Assembly (NCBI RefSeq): GCF_009914755.1
Contig: NC_060932.1
Reading direction: 5' to 3' (one strand)
Source of the DNA: the human T2T-CHM13v2.0 reference genome, Homo sapiens
Length of the DNA: 64,000 nt
Shown here piece by piece: positions 11,625-26,105 of this stretch; within the stretch, counting starts at the first letter, position 1, and every line of letters begins with the position of its first letter. Under the pieces are notes generated by a model that was given only the letters and a program-made list of their open reading frames with translations, was not told where the DNA came from and searched no databases. Made by a program: the position numbers and the translations under genes.

Positions 11625-14287
11625 CCCTAGAGCCATATTACCCTGTGAATAGTAAAAATAAACGAATTTAAGTAACTGAGGGTAAACAAAATATAGCGAA
11701 AACCTAACATTTTAAAAGATAACTCTGAAGCAGGCTACATAAAAGATCTTTAGTGGGAAGGTAAAATGAAAATTTGACCATGTGAGCATTTCATTGTTTA
11801 GGCATCACCAACTAAAGTACAGATAACATAGACTGAGGTTTTAAGCTAAGCCTAAATACTTACTGCTAGTCACTGGATCAATTTTCTTTTTTTTTTTTTT
11901 TAGTAAGGATCAAAAAAGCAACAGAAACAAAAAATAAGTCTCCCCATACTATATATTGATTCTTGATACATAACATGCCATTTTATACAGTGGGTGGTAG
12001 AAAGTCAACCATACATAAGCTATTTAAAGTTTGCATTAAAAAATAGTAGCAATGATTAAAAGCAACATTACTACCTTCTAAGAAATGTGATCATATTTCT
12101 TAATATTTGGATGCATTCTTATAAATGCTGGATAAACAAGCTACATGGTTTTTCTTATTCATGAATTTGCAACCTGCATACCCATTATTCATGATCTCTC
12201 TGTGAGTCATATGAAGTTGCATATATTGCAAAATCTTAGAACTCAGCAATGAAGTCACTCTAAGACACTTAGTGAAAGACCTCTGACATTTACTATCTGT
12301 GCAGATATAGGAAGTCATGTGCCCCTTCTGGATCTTAGTATTCTTATTGGTAAAATAGACATTAAAAACTTCCACCTCAAAATATTGCTGAAATGGAATG
12401 GGCAATATATATGTCAGTGTCCAATATAAAGATGAACTTCAATAATCATTATTTAGATGTTTTGCTTGAAATAGCTGTAATACCAACTTGAAATTTCCTT
12501 TTGGATTCTTCTTTGTATCTATGATGGTTTTGAGAAAATAAAATGGAATCAATAAAGACCAGAAAGAGTGAAGAGATTCTCTAACGATTCACTGAAATAA
12601 AAGGGGTTTATCCAACTCAAAACTGAGCGGTTCTAGATATAACCCAGTATAAACATAAAATTAGTAATTCTTTATTCAATAGATTTCTAGTGTGTGCTGC
12701 AATTCATTTGATCAGTTTTATCTTACATATCTTCCATATAACCAACTGGAAGTTGAATCCAAAATTATTTGGTTTCTCTTTCCCCTAAATCCTTACACAG
12801 AAATTTCAGTGTCAGAACTGAACTAAGGTGCTGACGAGGACCTATCCACCCAGTCTAGAAATGAAAGTCCAGCAGTGGCAGAAAGCAGAGCAACCAAAAC
12901 ACATGTCACATCTAAGCCATGAAACTCTTTCTCTAACCAAAGTTCATGACTGCCATGAAAGGTCACTGGGAGGCCACCTAGGTGACCAGCTTGTAAATAT
13001 TAACAGTTTACAAGTCTTCTACAACCTAAGTAACACCTGTGAAAACATTCCTGGTAGGTTCCCACTCCCCTATACCTAAAGATATCAACTTCACCCAAAT
13101 GATTGTAACTTCTTTATTTTAAAATATGTTTAAGTTGAAAACAAGTTCTGTAATATGATGTGACCATTTTTTAAAAAAGTTTTTCTCTAAAATAATTATA
13201 AATATGATAAACAAATATATGTATTTTTATGTTATAATCTTGAAAATGTCATATTCCCATTCATTATCCTATCTAAAATCCATCAAAACATTTGAGATTC
13301 TAACATGATCGAGTGCTAATGATACTTCCTCCATCAAAATATTTTAAAATTCTGAGTTCGTTTTCCTGCATGGACATTGAACCATAAAGAGAAGGAATGG
13401 AGTAGGGAGGCAATCGAGAGGTTATCATACATTTACTTCCAGATTCTTTCATCTATGAGGATGCAAGTTCACATATGGGCAAGTAAAGAAGTGGTCATCC
13501 TCATCAATTTAAACCTTGATAGATATTTAATGTCAATTTAAACTTCTGAAGTACCTTTCATCTCTGATTTCAAAGTGATTTTGTAAGAAATTCGGTTTTA
13601 CATCTTTAATTGCATTGACTTAACAATACACTACATAGAAAATGCCATTTTACAGGTGGGAAAACTGAAGCAATCTCCCAACGGGTCAGGGACCTAGAAA
13701 AAAAAGCACTATTTAGATTCTGTAAAACCGGCAAATAGTTTGCAAGTTTGGCAGAACTACACTTACTACATACTAAATAGATTAACTACATATTTGGAGA
13801 GCTCTCATTACTATATATAAGATCATTTCTGCCTGATGTCACATAGCCACATAAAGAACAGGATTAGATTAAATGATCCACATATGTTCCGTATGGTGAG
13901 ACTCTTCATAGACAAACAGAATCACATTATGTCCTAGAGTTTCTAAATAGTTTTAATCTTAAGAGAAGCACTCAAGTCCTTTAAATATCTGGTGTTAAAT
14001 ATATGATTACTTTTCAAACAATACTTCACCTGGGAACAGAGACAATGCAAGTCAGCAACACCTATCCTGCACAGTGAAATGAATCAAATATTGTCAATAT
14101 AAACAGCAAATGGACTTTCAATGTAAGGTGACAATTTTTTTGAGTAACAGCTATATTTAGCAACCAGTTAAAGCAGTGTGGAATAGGCTCAATAAGAAGA
14201 GAGGCAAATCCTGCTTTTGGTGAGTTTAAAACCCCATCTTGAAAAATAGAATATTCACATATGTACTTCCTAAGGTCTACATCAAAT

Positions 14288-14551
14288 CACAGTGTAGTGG
14301 ATGAGAAGAGTTAGATTCTGAAGTCAGGGGATCAAGCTTTGAACTCTGGCTCTCCCACTTATTATAACACCTGTGTGACTTTGAGCAACTTACTTAGTGT
14401 CTCTAAGCCACAGATTTTTCATCTGTTACATAGGGATAATAATCTACCTATTTTAAAATTTGCCATTAGAATTAAATCAGGTAATACATGAAAATTCTTA
14501 GCAGAGTATCTAGCACAGGGCAAGTGTTCAACAAATGCCAGATATTATTAT
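14288..14551 (+). mobile_element. Near full-length MIR SINE
   Basis: Core ctgtgtgactttgagcaacttacttagtgtctctaagccacagatttttcatctgt and 3' end agcacagggcaagtgttcaacaaatg...tattatt. Confidence 0.85.
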
Positions 14552-16451
14552 TCCAACGACACTCCACTCCTTATTTTTTTTAAAAAAGGCCTTTAAAGTT
14601 GCCGATCAGATAAATTATTTGCATCTAAGGCAGAAATTTGAGTCCTTTCACTTTATAGCCCAGTCTGCTTTTCTACATTTCTATGACACCACTCTCCTTA
14701 TTGGCAATCCAAGCTGAGGTCAAACCAGATACGTTGCCCTTCTCAGAATACTCACCATAATGTCCTATCCTTCCCACCATAATGTCCTACCCAAAGGAGA
14801 TACCTTGGTTTATCTCCTTTGATCAATCCCAAATGCTCTTCTCATCAGTTCAGTTCCTTGATGGTCAGATCTAAGTGCTGCCTCTTTCATGATGCAAGTC
14901 TGATTCCACTAACCAGATACAAAGTCATTTTGTTTTAATTCCAAGAGCACATTCTTTCTGAACAAAGGAGCACCTTCCACTAAGGAAGCTGAGCTCTTAA
15001 CTGTCTGGTACTGGGCTTTTTTCCTCTTTCAAAGACCAGAGCTGCCTGCACAGTGTCTGCACAAAGCAAGACTGAAACCAATGCTAAACAGTGAGGAATG
15101 AAACAGACAAAAGAAATTTTAAGACACACCTTGTCCCTAATGTGGGACCTTCTCATTCAGCAAAGTTTGTTCACATTTGAACAGATATTTAATGCATGGG
15201 ATACAAAAGCACTGGCTTTCCAGTTTTGTTCATTATTTTAAAGGCTCCCAAAGTGAGCGCCAGATCCAGTTATTTCACAATGATAATTCTATTTTATAGT
15301 CAAACATGAAAACTAACATATATTAGGTACAACTTCAAGGAGCTAAATCCAGCCTATTAAGAATAATATTATGCAATTAAAGATTTTTTCAAAAAAAGAA
15401 CCTAGCAATGAATCATTAAATCAGTGTTTCATTAAGTGCATGCGTTCAACTTTCAGAAACAAGATTTATGCTCATTTTTATAGATGAAAAAACCATACAT
15501 CACTTAAGAGAAAAACATAAAGTGGAGTTGCATTCATATTACGGAATAGCAGATAAGTAACTTAGAATTTCATTTATTTAACTAAATCTGTTTATGCATG
15601 TGAATTTGTCATTTTGAAACTGTAATTTCACCTAAAATATAAGCTAGAACTTGGGTATGCCACAGAACTAAAATGTGGTATTACTGCTTTCCTAAGAATT
15701 TAATAAAAGTTGAAGTATTTTGGCAAGAGTATGATACAATCCAAATCAAGTGAACACAATTACTTTTCTTCCCCTCTCATTCCATAAAAAGATTTGGCCT
15801 TAGAATGGATGTATCCAAACTCTTTCTGTTTTAATGGCTCTGGGTGCCATGGGTCCCCCCAGAAATTATTTTATAATTAATGACTGCTTCTGATTTAATC
15901 ATTTAACTCACTTTTCTGCCTTGACCCTTCTTTAACTGCAGCAGATCTTTTGTTTCTTTCAAGAGATATTAGGACAAATAGAGCAAACTCAGAGTTAGAC
16001 TCTGACCTTTACTTACACATGCAATTAGAGCTGGGGCTCTTTTAACTACAGTGACTCCATAAAGCCAACCTGCTGTAAAGCAGGGCAGTCAAAAAAGGTT
16101 ACAGACTGATGGAAGAAAGATGTCAAGTGGCCTTTCAAAATCCCAAAGCATATACTGCCCTTTATTCCACTTATTCATTGTTTAAATGTCTTTCAGAAAG
16201 TAACATAATAATAAGTTTACAACATTACCCAAGTTACAGCCTGTGGGTAAATGTATTTTACTCAAACCATGGATCAGGTGTTATTAACCCCAGCGAGGGC
16301 TTCAAAAGGTCCAACTCCCTTGAATTCTAGGAAAATTCTCTTTATGTGTTTCTTTCTTTTTGCATTTAGCTTCTCCATCTTCTTGAAGGATTCTGTATCA
16401 CCCCAAAATTTTCAGGATCACTGACACAGAATAATAAGTGTTAAAAGATTA

Positions 16452-16844
<393 letters not shown>

Positions 16845-17544
16845 CTATTTGATTTTGAGAAAAATAGTACAGGGTTTGATTTTGTTTTTGTTTTTCTATG
16901 ACGTAGTAGTAATCCTAGTAGATCCTACTAGTAATAATCCTACTAGGAAAACAAAAAAGTGGAAATACATCTCTTAGAAAACCTGGCATGCTACTAGCGT
17001 TAGAAAGCTTTGTCTAGCTTCCATAGCTCTTTCAGAGAGGGGGTGCCCAGAATGTTCCCAAATCTTTCTCAAATGGTACAATCTGTAGTGACATTCCTGA
17101 ACCCTGTCAACAGGCCATGCTCCCTACATACTTCCAATACATTGTTATGTAACAATGGACTTAATGTTCAAATCAAGTTACAAGGTGGTTTTCTATACAC
17201 ATTTGTATTTTCTTTATTAATAAAGTGAAATTATATTTTCGTCTCTTTTCCTAAAAAAAAAAAAGTTTCATATATATTATTTTCAAACCTCATAAAGTTC
17301 AAGTCAAGGATCAAGAACATAACTCCCAGCACACAAGCATAGGTGTCTTTACTCACATAACTAGATGTCTTAGCAGGAATGCTATAGCAATAAAGTAAAC
17401 CACCAACTTTTTAAGTCTTAAAAGTGATGATTTATTGGAAACAGGAGTTTCATAAAGTGGAAATTTGTGCAGGGAGATGAAAATTAGAGGTGCAAAGTAT
17501 ACAAAAAGTGCACAAAGGAGAGGAGACAGAACAGCACAGTTACA

Positions 17545-17740
17545 GGGCAGGGTGCTAGAATGGTTGAGATCACATATTCTAGAGTCCAAAAGTCTGCAGC
17601 GGAATCTAAATCTACCACTTACTAGTTAAAGGTATGGCCTCAAAATCTATACTCCCTTAGGTTTCTGTGAGGTTCAAATGCAATGTGCTTAGCACAGTGC
17701 CTGACACACGGTAGGCACTCATAAACTAGCAGCTGCTGAT
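17545..17740 (+). mobile_element. MIR fragment
   Basis: tgcttagcacagtgcctgacacacggtaggcactcataaa is the MIR 3' end. Confidence 0.65.
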
Positions 17741-17822
17741 GACATTAGCTGCTGGTGGCAATAATCAGGATGGAAGAAGTTCCTGCCTAAAATGAACATT
17801 AAGTAGTTAAAACCAGCCCTAG

Positions 17823-18122
<300 letters not shown>

Positions 18123-18696
18123 CTATGATCAAAGCTTTTCACCTTCTCTCACCTTGCGATGACTCACTTTTCAGAGCTGGGCCACTGCTCATCTCACCTG
18201 TTCCAACATTTACTCATCAGCTACCCCTTTCAAGATTTCTCATGCTACATAGCACTTAAGGCAAAATTAGTATTAGTAGTAATAAAAATAAAATCATATG
18301 TCCATATAGTACTTCACAGTTCCTGCAACACAGACAAGTCAGGCGAGGTTATAAATATCGCTATTTCTACAGGTAAAAAAGTTAAATCTCCGCAACTGCT
18401 CAAAATCTTTCATAAAGTAATTGTAAATGACCATATAAGCACCTGTCTGCTTGGTAATTAATAATCCTCTTAAACTTCAGTTATCACCCCTGCACTGATA
18501 AGACCATCCTCTACAACATTTCTTACAAAAAGTCTGACAACAGTATTAAAGGTAAAAGGGATCTGAAATTCTTTTTGTTCAACTACCTTATTTTATAGAT
18601 GCAGAAACGAAGGGATGGGCATTATGCGTTTTGCTCAAAGTCACACAGCTAGGCTTAAGTAACAAGGCTGATTCAAATTTACATGCCTGAATTTAG

Positions 18697-19172
<476 letters not shown>

Positions 19173-19580
19173 CTACATGGATGACTCTATTATGAACAAT
19201 CTTACGTCTTGGAAATGATTTGTGTGCTTATGGCAATATGAGTCACTATAAGTACTATAGCACATGAAAGACTATCCCTATCACTCTTTCATAAAAAACT
19301 GGGTCATCAGTCAATCTAAAGTTGGCAGGATGAACTTCAAAGTAACATGTACTTCCTCCAGCCTTGCAAAGAAAAATTACTTATAAAGTGATGAATTATT
19401 TCAGGAAATATACCTATTGTGTTTATGAAAGTTAGGTGAAATATGGTGAACCTGTCACAGGAAGGTCATCTTGCCTGTCTCCTTACCATACCTGTACTAG
19501 GCAAGCAATGATCTAGATCGTCAATGTCATGTATAAGGGGAAAATACCCACATCAAAGATCCTGAACAAGACTTGGGCTT

Positions 19581-20036
19581 GGGCAGGCATAGTGTCTCAC
19601 GCCTGTAATCCCAGCATGTTGGGAAGCCGAGGCAGATGGATCATTTGAAGTCAGGAGTTTGAGACCAGCCTGGCCAACATGGTGAAACCCCATTTCTACT
19701 AAAAATACAAAAATTAGCCGGGTGCAGCCGGGCCCAGTGGCTTGCATCTGTAATCCCAGCATTTTGGGAGGCCGAGGTGGGTGGATCATTTGAGGTCAGG
19801 AGTTTGAGACCAACCCGGCCAACATGGTGAAACTCTCTCTCTACTAAAAATACAAAAATTAGCTGGATGCAGCTGGGCCCGGTGGCTTGTCTATAATCCC
19901 AGCTACTCAGGAGTCTGAGGCAGGAGAATCGCTTGAACACAGGAGGCGGAGGTTGCAGTGAGCCGAGACTGTGCCACTGCACTCCAGCCTGGGCAACTGT
20001 GCAAGACTCTGTTAAAAAAAAAAAAAAAAAAAAAAA
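19581..20036 (+). mobile_element. AluS with duplicated left monomer (L-L-R trimer)
   Basis: Two left arms 145 bp apart, then a right arm and poly-A. A single TSD aagac(t/g)tgggct at 19568-19579 and 20037-20048. Confidence 0.93.
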
Positions 20037-20192
20037 AAGACGTGGGCTCTTTGTTTCCTATCCTTCTGCCTTTTTTATACTGCATATGTGTATTATTTCT
20101 GTAATAACTTTGAGGCATATGTAAAAGTTTATGATATTTAAGTTCATAATAGCCAATGAGAAAATACTATGATAGAAAAAAATAAAAATTTT

Positions 20193-20673
<481 letters not shown>

Positions 20674-21564
20674 TCAAAATCAATTAAAACAGTGTTTTCA
20701 CTTTTAAAAAACAGGTTAGTATAAAATATCTTCAAGTTTTAACTTGTCATCGAGTGAAATAAATATGAATCATGTTTACCTTACCTCATTGTAAAATCTA
20801 TTTGAGGTACATTGCTAAAAATGCAAACCATTATCTTGGCATCTACCGTAAGTTCTCTGGAAATAGCTGAGTGTTATAAAATTTTTTTTTTTTTTAAAGA
20901 ATGGAAAAGAGAAAATGGGTAGAGAATTAAGCTGAAAAATCTCATGGTTTCCACAGATGTAAACAAAACCTTTACATGACTACTAAAATGCTAAGAGTTT
21001 CATCTAAGCGTCTTATGTTTTTTAAATATAGTCCTTGTGATGAGGAGGATAAATCAGATAATGACATAACATGAATGCTTTTGGAGCTATTTTAACTGTA
21101 ATAACTTGTAGCATTCTGCCACGTGTTGTTTTTGCCTTCAGTTGAAATAAAAGTCAAAAATTAACACTGGTTAGAAGAGATATAATTCCTCCCCTCCCAA
21201 ATCAAATATAAGAACTAATATGCTCTACTTTTATGCATTTCTTAAAACATGAGTTAAAAATATTTGGGGATTTATTAAGAAATCACTTATCTTACAAAGT
21301 TAACTTAGATGACCTACATACATACCCTTTAGCCTTTAATGCTGCCGGCCTTGAGGTCTGCCTTCAGAGGCCAACATAAGACCCATGCTGCCTTACATAC
21401 TCAGGGTGTTCACTTACTCACTTAGTGTTGGGAAGAGCTGTTGAAAGGAGTCAACTTACGCAATGCCCATTGTACAATGTTGAATGAGGAGCACAGGAAA
21501 TGCACGGACATGAACCCTTTCTGTGTCATACTCACCTAAGGTCAACTGGTCACTAACCATCAGC

Positions 21565-21620
21565 AATTGTTAATTTTATGTGTGTCAATGGGCTCGGCCA
21601 TGGTACCCAGATATTTGGAG
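21565..21620 (+). mobile_element. MLT2 (ERVL) LTR 5' fragment
   Basis: gttaattttatgtgtgtcaa...ggccatggtacccagatatttgg matches the MLT2 LTR start. Confidence 0.6.
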
Positions 21621-21649
21621 GATCAAATTGAGAATGTAATATTTTAGTT

Positions 21650-22045
21650 GCAATCTGAAAGATAAGAATTACCCTAGAGAATGTAGTGAAAAATGCCATC
21701 AGCAGAGAGGATAGCATGAGTGGTGGCCTTGAGGCAGAAGGAAATTCAACACATTTGGGGAACACAGGGAAAGGAAAACAGTGTGTCAGGAGAGCAGCAA
21801 GGACAGAGTGGAGAGGGATGAAGGTAGAAAAGCAGGTGAGGCAAGATGCTGGGTCTTGCAAAGAAGGAGGATTTTATATTTTCTTCTTAAACTATTGAGA
21901 AGTATACAAGGCTTATGTTTAAGCAGAAGAGGAGCAAAATTAGATTTTCTTTGTAAACTGATGACTTTTCTATGTGGATAATGGACTGAGAGGAGAAAAC
22001 GACCAAGTCTAGAGAACCACTCATTAGGCAACAACAGTGATCTGG
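21650..22045 (-). mobile_element. L2 fragment (donor of the inverted insert)
   Basis: L2-antisense motifs: ggccttgaggcagaagg, aggaggattttatattttc, tttaagcagaagagg...ttagattt, tgtggataatggactgagagg. Confidence 0.65.
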
Positions 22046-22059
22046 AAATTGTTCCAGTT

Positions 22060-22800
22060 CATCTGTTTTCTGAGCTTATTGGCATAAAGGTGATCAAAAT
22101 ATCCTCTTATCATTAGTTCCACATCTAGTATCTAAAATTACCTATTCCCTATTCATGCATGCTTTCTATTTTATAATTATTAATCTTGCCAGAGGCTTGT
22201 CTTTATTAGCCTTTCAAAGAATCAACTTGGCTTTGTGGATCCACAGCATTGTATGTTTATTATGTCACAGTCTGATTTTTCTACTTCATTAATTTATGAT
22301 ATAATCTTCATTGTTTCCTCCTTTCTACATTCTTGTATATATTAAGCTATCATTTTCTAACTTGGGTGTTGAACTCGTGAATCTTGAACTTTTATTCTTT
22401 CTAATGTAGCATCTGGACTAAGTTTTGTTTTGTTTTTTTTTTTTCTTAAATAGTACTTCAACAGACCAAAATAGAACTGGGATAGTTCTTAAAAAATAAA
22501 AAGACCAGAAACAACAAAAAAGTACCACTTCTGTTGCCTCCAACATGCATTCATATGTAGTGATTGCACCTCCATTCTGTGTAAATATTTCAGAAATTTC
22601 ATTATGATTTCTTTAATTTCGGAAGTCTCTAGAAGCATGCTTTGAAATTTTTAAATACCTCTATGTCGCTTTTCTTACCATATTTCTTTTTACTTCTAGC
22701 TTATTGCATTATCAGAAATATGCATGGAAGTTTTTTACATGGTGAAGCTAACTATAGTCCAGCAAATCAGTTTTTAAAAATGCCCCAAGTATTCTTGATA
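22060..22800 (-). mobile_element. Old L1M ORF2 relic
   Basis: T-rich strand with cttgccagaggcttgtc...tttcaaagaatcaactt typical of antisense old L1. Confidence 0.55.
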
Positions 22801-22884
22801 AATATGAACATTTGAGAGCAGATGAGATTATTTAGGTAGAGAGTTTCATATGGTAAAAAAGGGAAGAAAAGCTGTTTTTCTCTT

Positions 22885-23260
22885 TCTTTTTTAAAAATTA
22901 TTTATTTGATGAATAGAAATTGGACATATTTATGGTATAAATGATATATTTATGGTATATAACATGATGTTTTGATATAAGTATACATTGTGGAATGTCT
23001 AAAACAAGCTATTTAACATACACATTATCTCATGTACTTATCACTTTTTGGTGAGAACTTTTTCCTTTTAATTGACAAATAATAATTGTATATATTTATG
23101 AAGTACAGTGTGATATTCTGATACATGTGTAATGATCAAATCAGAGTAATTAGTGTATTCATTACTACAAACATTTATCATTACATTGTGTTGAGTATAT
23201 TCAAAATCCTCTCGTCTAGCTCTTTGAAAATATACCATAAATTATTAAGTACTATTTTTA
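22885..23260 (-). mobile_element. Two L1MA 3'-end fragments in tandem
   Basis: catatttatggtata...aacatgatgttttgatataagtatacattgtggaatg, then aattgacaaataataattgtatatatttatg...caaatcagagtaattag. Confidence 0.75.
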
Positions 23261-25884
23261 GCTAAGACGGATATGAAAAGATATCAAGGGCAATATGATT
23301 TACATAATTATAGGTATCTTAAATACCATATTTTTGAATATCTAAATTTTCTTGGAACAACTAGATGTATATCAATTTTTCAGTTTAAATGAGGTATTAG
23401 GAAACAGGTGATATTTATTTTAAGCCACAGGGCAACATACATAATATTTTAGTGCTTGGATAGAAAATAAAAAAGAAAGATATACAACCAGCTCATCTGA
23501 AGATGTTGAAATGAGATAATGTAACAGCTATCTTTTTTCCCATTTTATTTTCCTCCCTTAATGGAGACGGGACAAGAGCACACAGTTGTAGGTAATAGAA
23601 TTTAAGCATTTTAAAAATCAAGATTCATCACTTTCTTTCTTTTTTACCTTTGTTTCCTAACATTTATGTCTTTCATTTTGTAGTAGAAATTCTAGGAAAA
23701 ATTTCTATATCAGTTGTCATAGACTTAGGGCTTATCAACGACATCCTTTCAAGACACTTCCATACAAGGATTATAGTGGAAGGGAAGATATTTTAAGCCA
23801 AATGATACTTTGCAATAAAGTTAAGTATGCTGCCCTGTGTGAACACAGCAATATAAAGAAGTGTGGCTCAGAAAACTGGTCCAAAGACTTGAAACCAAGA
23901 TCTCATAAACTGTAGAGAGGGACAGTGCCACAGAAATGCACTGTCATTGAGTCATCCAAGTAACTTACACTGAGTCACAGTAAACACCCCATCTGAATGC
24001 CACATGAATGCTGAAACTGATGGTTTGAGTACATTTTAAAGTAAAAACAGAACTCTGAAATATTAAGTGTAGCAGAACTCTATTATGGACAATATAAATC
24101 ATAAAAATAAAGGCCTAGAATAGTCACACTTTAAAATACTGTGACTGGAAAATTTTGATCCTTATCCTTCAGGCTGGTTAGTAGATAGACAGGTGTTAAT
24201 CCTCACATCCTGACATCAGTGAAGCAAATGAGTTAGGGAAGAGTGTTATTTGTTAGCATATATTACCAAGACACTATTTTTCTTTTAATGTCCTTAGGCT
24301 GACTAGATAGGCATTTATTTGGAAAGTGATGGTAAACCTGTATGTCTTTAACCTGTCTAAAAAGAAATGCCCTATAATCTCAGAAACCAAAGTTAAAATA
24401 TACTTGCAAGAATGTTTTTCAGGATCCCATGTTCTCAAGAATGGGAGTTCTCAGTCATCATGTGAAGCTATCATCTGCCTCCCAATCTCAGTTCCAGGCT
24501 TGAAGATAATGTCCAAAAATGAAAGTTACTGTTGTCAAGGTTTAGGATAGAAAGATAAATACAATATATTACCAAGGTCATATATGTTTGCTGAAGCATA
24601 GTATTTGGATTCAAGTCCATTAGGAATCATCCTGCCTGGCATGATTTAGGGAAGCATTTGATGTATTTTGCTCACATCTTTGCCCACAGGAGTGAGCCAC
24701 AGGGAAGGGAGACGGAAGCCTCCTCAGAATGTTGATGCACCAGGCAACGCCAGCTCCTGGTCCCCACATCACTGCCTTAAGGCTCCATTTGCAATGATAG
24801 GGACAGTAGTCCCGGTCATTCTTGAGACCAAAGATACTTAATTCCTGTCGTATATATTCTAATTTGTTTCCAGTCAGCATGATTTCACCCAGAAAATGTT
24901 GCAGTAGACTCTGGAGGAAGGCAGAATGAGATAGTAGACGCTTAAAAGTCTGTTTTTGGGCAAGAATCCTCAAATTTATGATGGCATTGCATTAAATACT
25001 TGCTTTCTGCTGATGTAGGTAATTTTTTTACGTTAATCGTTGGAAGAAGGCCCAAATCCTTCAGTGGAGCTCAGAATTGTTTAGTAAGCAGGGATCGTTT
25101 GTGCTGCGTGTTAACATAATGTATGACACCATTGTTTTATTTGGGCAACTGCTCAAAAGAGATGAGTAATAAACTGCTTTCTAGGTAATAGTCCTCGGGT
25201 TGCCAGTCGAAGATATTACAAAGTTCTGGTTGCCAGAATTTTAGTCTTACAGCCATTCATTTGAGTCAAAGTATCAATGGAGAGGGAAGTATAAAAGAAA
25301 AAGACAGCTGTAATTTTATATTTTAATACAGGTAAATCAGTTACTGGAATTGTTTTTTATTAAAGGTAACAATAATGAAGTTTTTTTTTTTAATTCATCC
25401 AGTGAAAGTTCTAGTAAAGAACCTTTAGAATTAAGCTGACGTGTTTCCTTTGTTCAGGGCAACAGTTGTTTACCATTTTAATCACAAACGGTTCTTTGGC
25501 CTGAAGCAAACACTGCAGTGTATCAAATTACAAGCATAAATGCAAACTCCTCGGCCGACTTACTTTTCTGTGTTATATAACCACCTTACCTACTTCAAAC
25601 AACTTTTATAATTGGGAAATATAAAAATGTAAGATATTAGTATTATTTTGTGAATTTACAAAAACAGGTTGCATTACCTGCAGAATCTTAAACGTGACTG
25701 AAAAGCATCAGTGGACTTGAATGTAAAAGCCATATCGAACTCTGGCAATGAAATACTGAAAACTATTTGAAGAGGAGTAATTTAAGGCAAAATAGTAAAA
25801 ACACATCCAATTCACTTTGTGGTACATCATTCCTTTCCTTCATAATACATGTAACAGTTTCTCTAATAATGATTTTTAAACTAA

Positions 25885-26105
25885 CATGTACTGAGCGTTC
25901 TTTATGAATCAAGCACTCTTGTATTTTACATATATTAACTGAATTGATCCTGATCATAGTCCTATCCTATACATTATGAAAAAACAAAGACATGGAGAGG
26001 CTACATAGCTTGCCTAAATTCACACAGTTGGTAAAAGGTAGGGCTGGTGCTTGAACACAAGCAGTGTGGCTCAGAGACTTGATTTTCAACTACCTGGCTA
26101 TAACA
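25885..26105 (-). mobile_element. MIR SINE
   Basis: gagaggctacatagcttgcctaaattcacacagttggtaa...ttgaacacaagcagtgtggctcagag is the antisense MIR core. Confidence 0.75.

Noticed and set aside
20785-20856. Minus-strand exon candidate (TTTCCAG acceptor, AG/GTAAG donor)
   Set aside because: Weak polypyrimidine tract, unrecognisable peptide and no partner exons. Such pseudo-exons are common.
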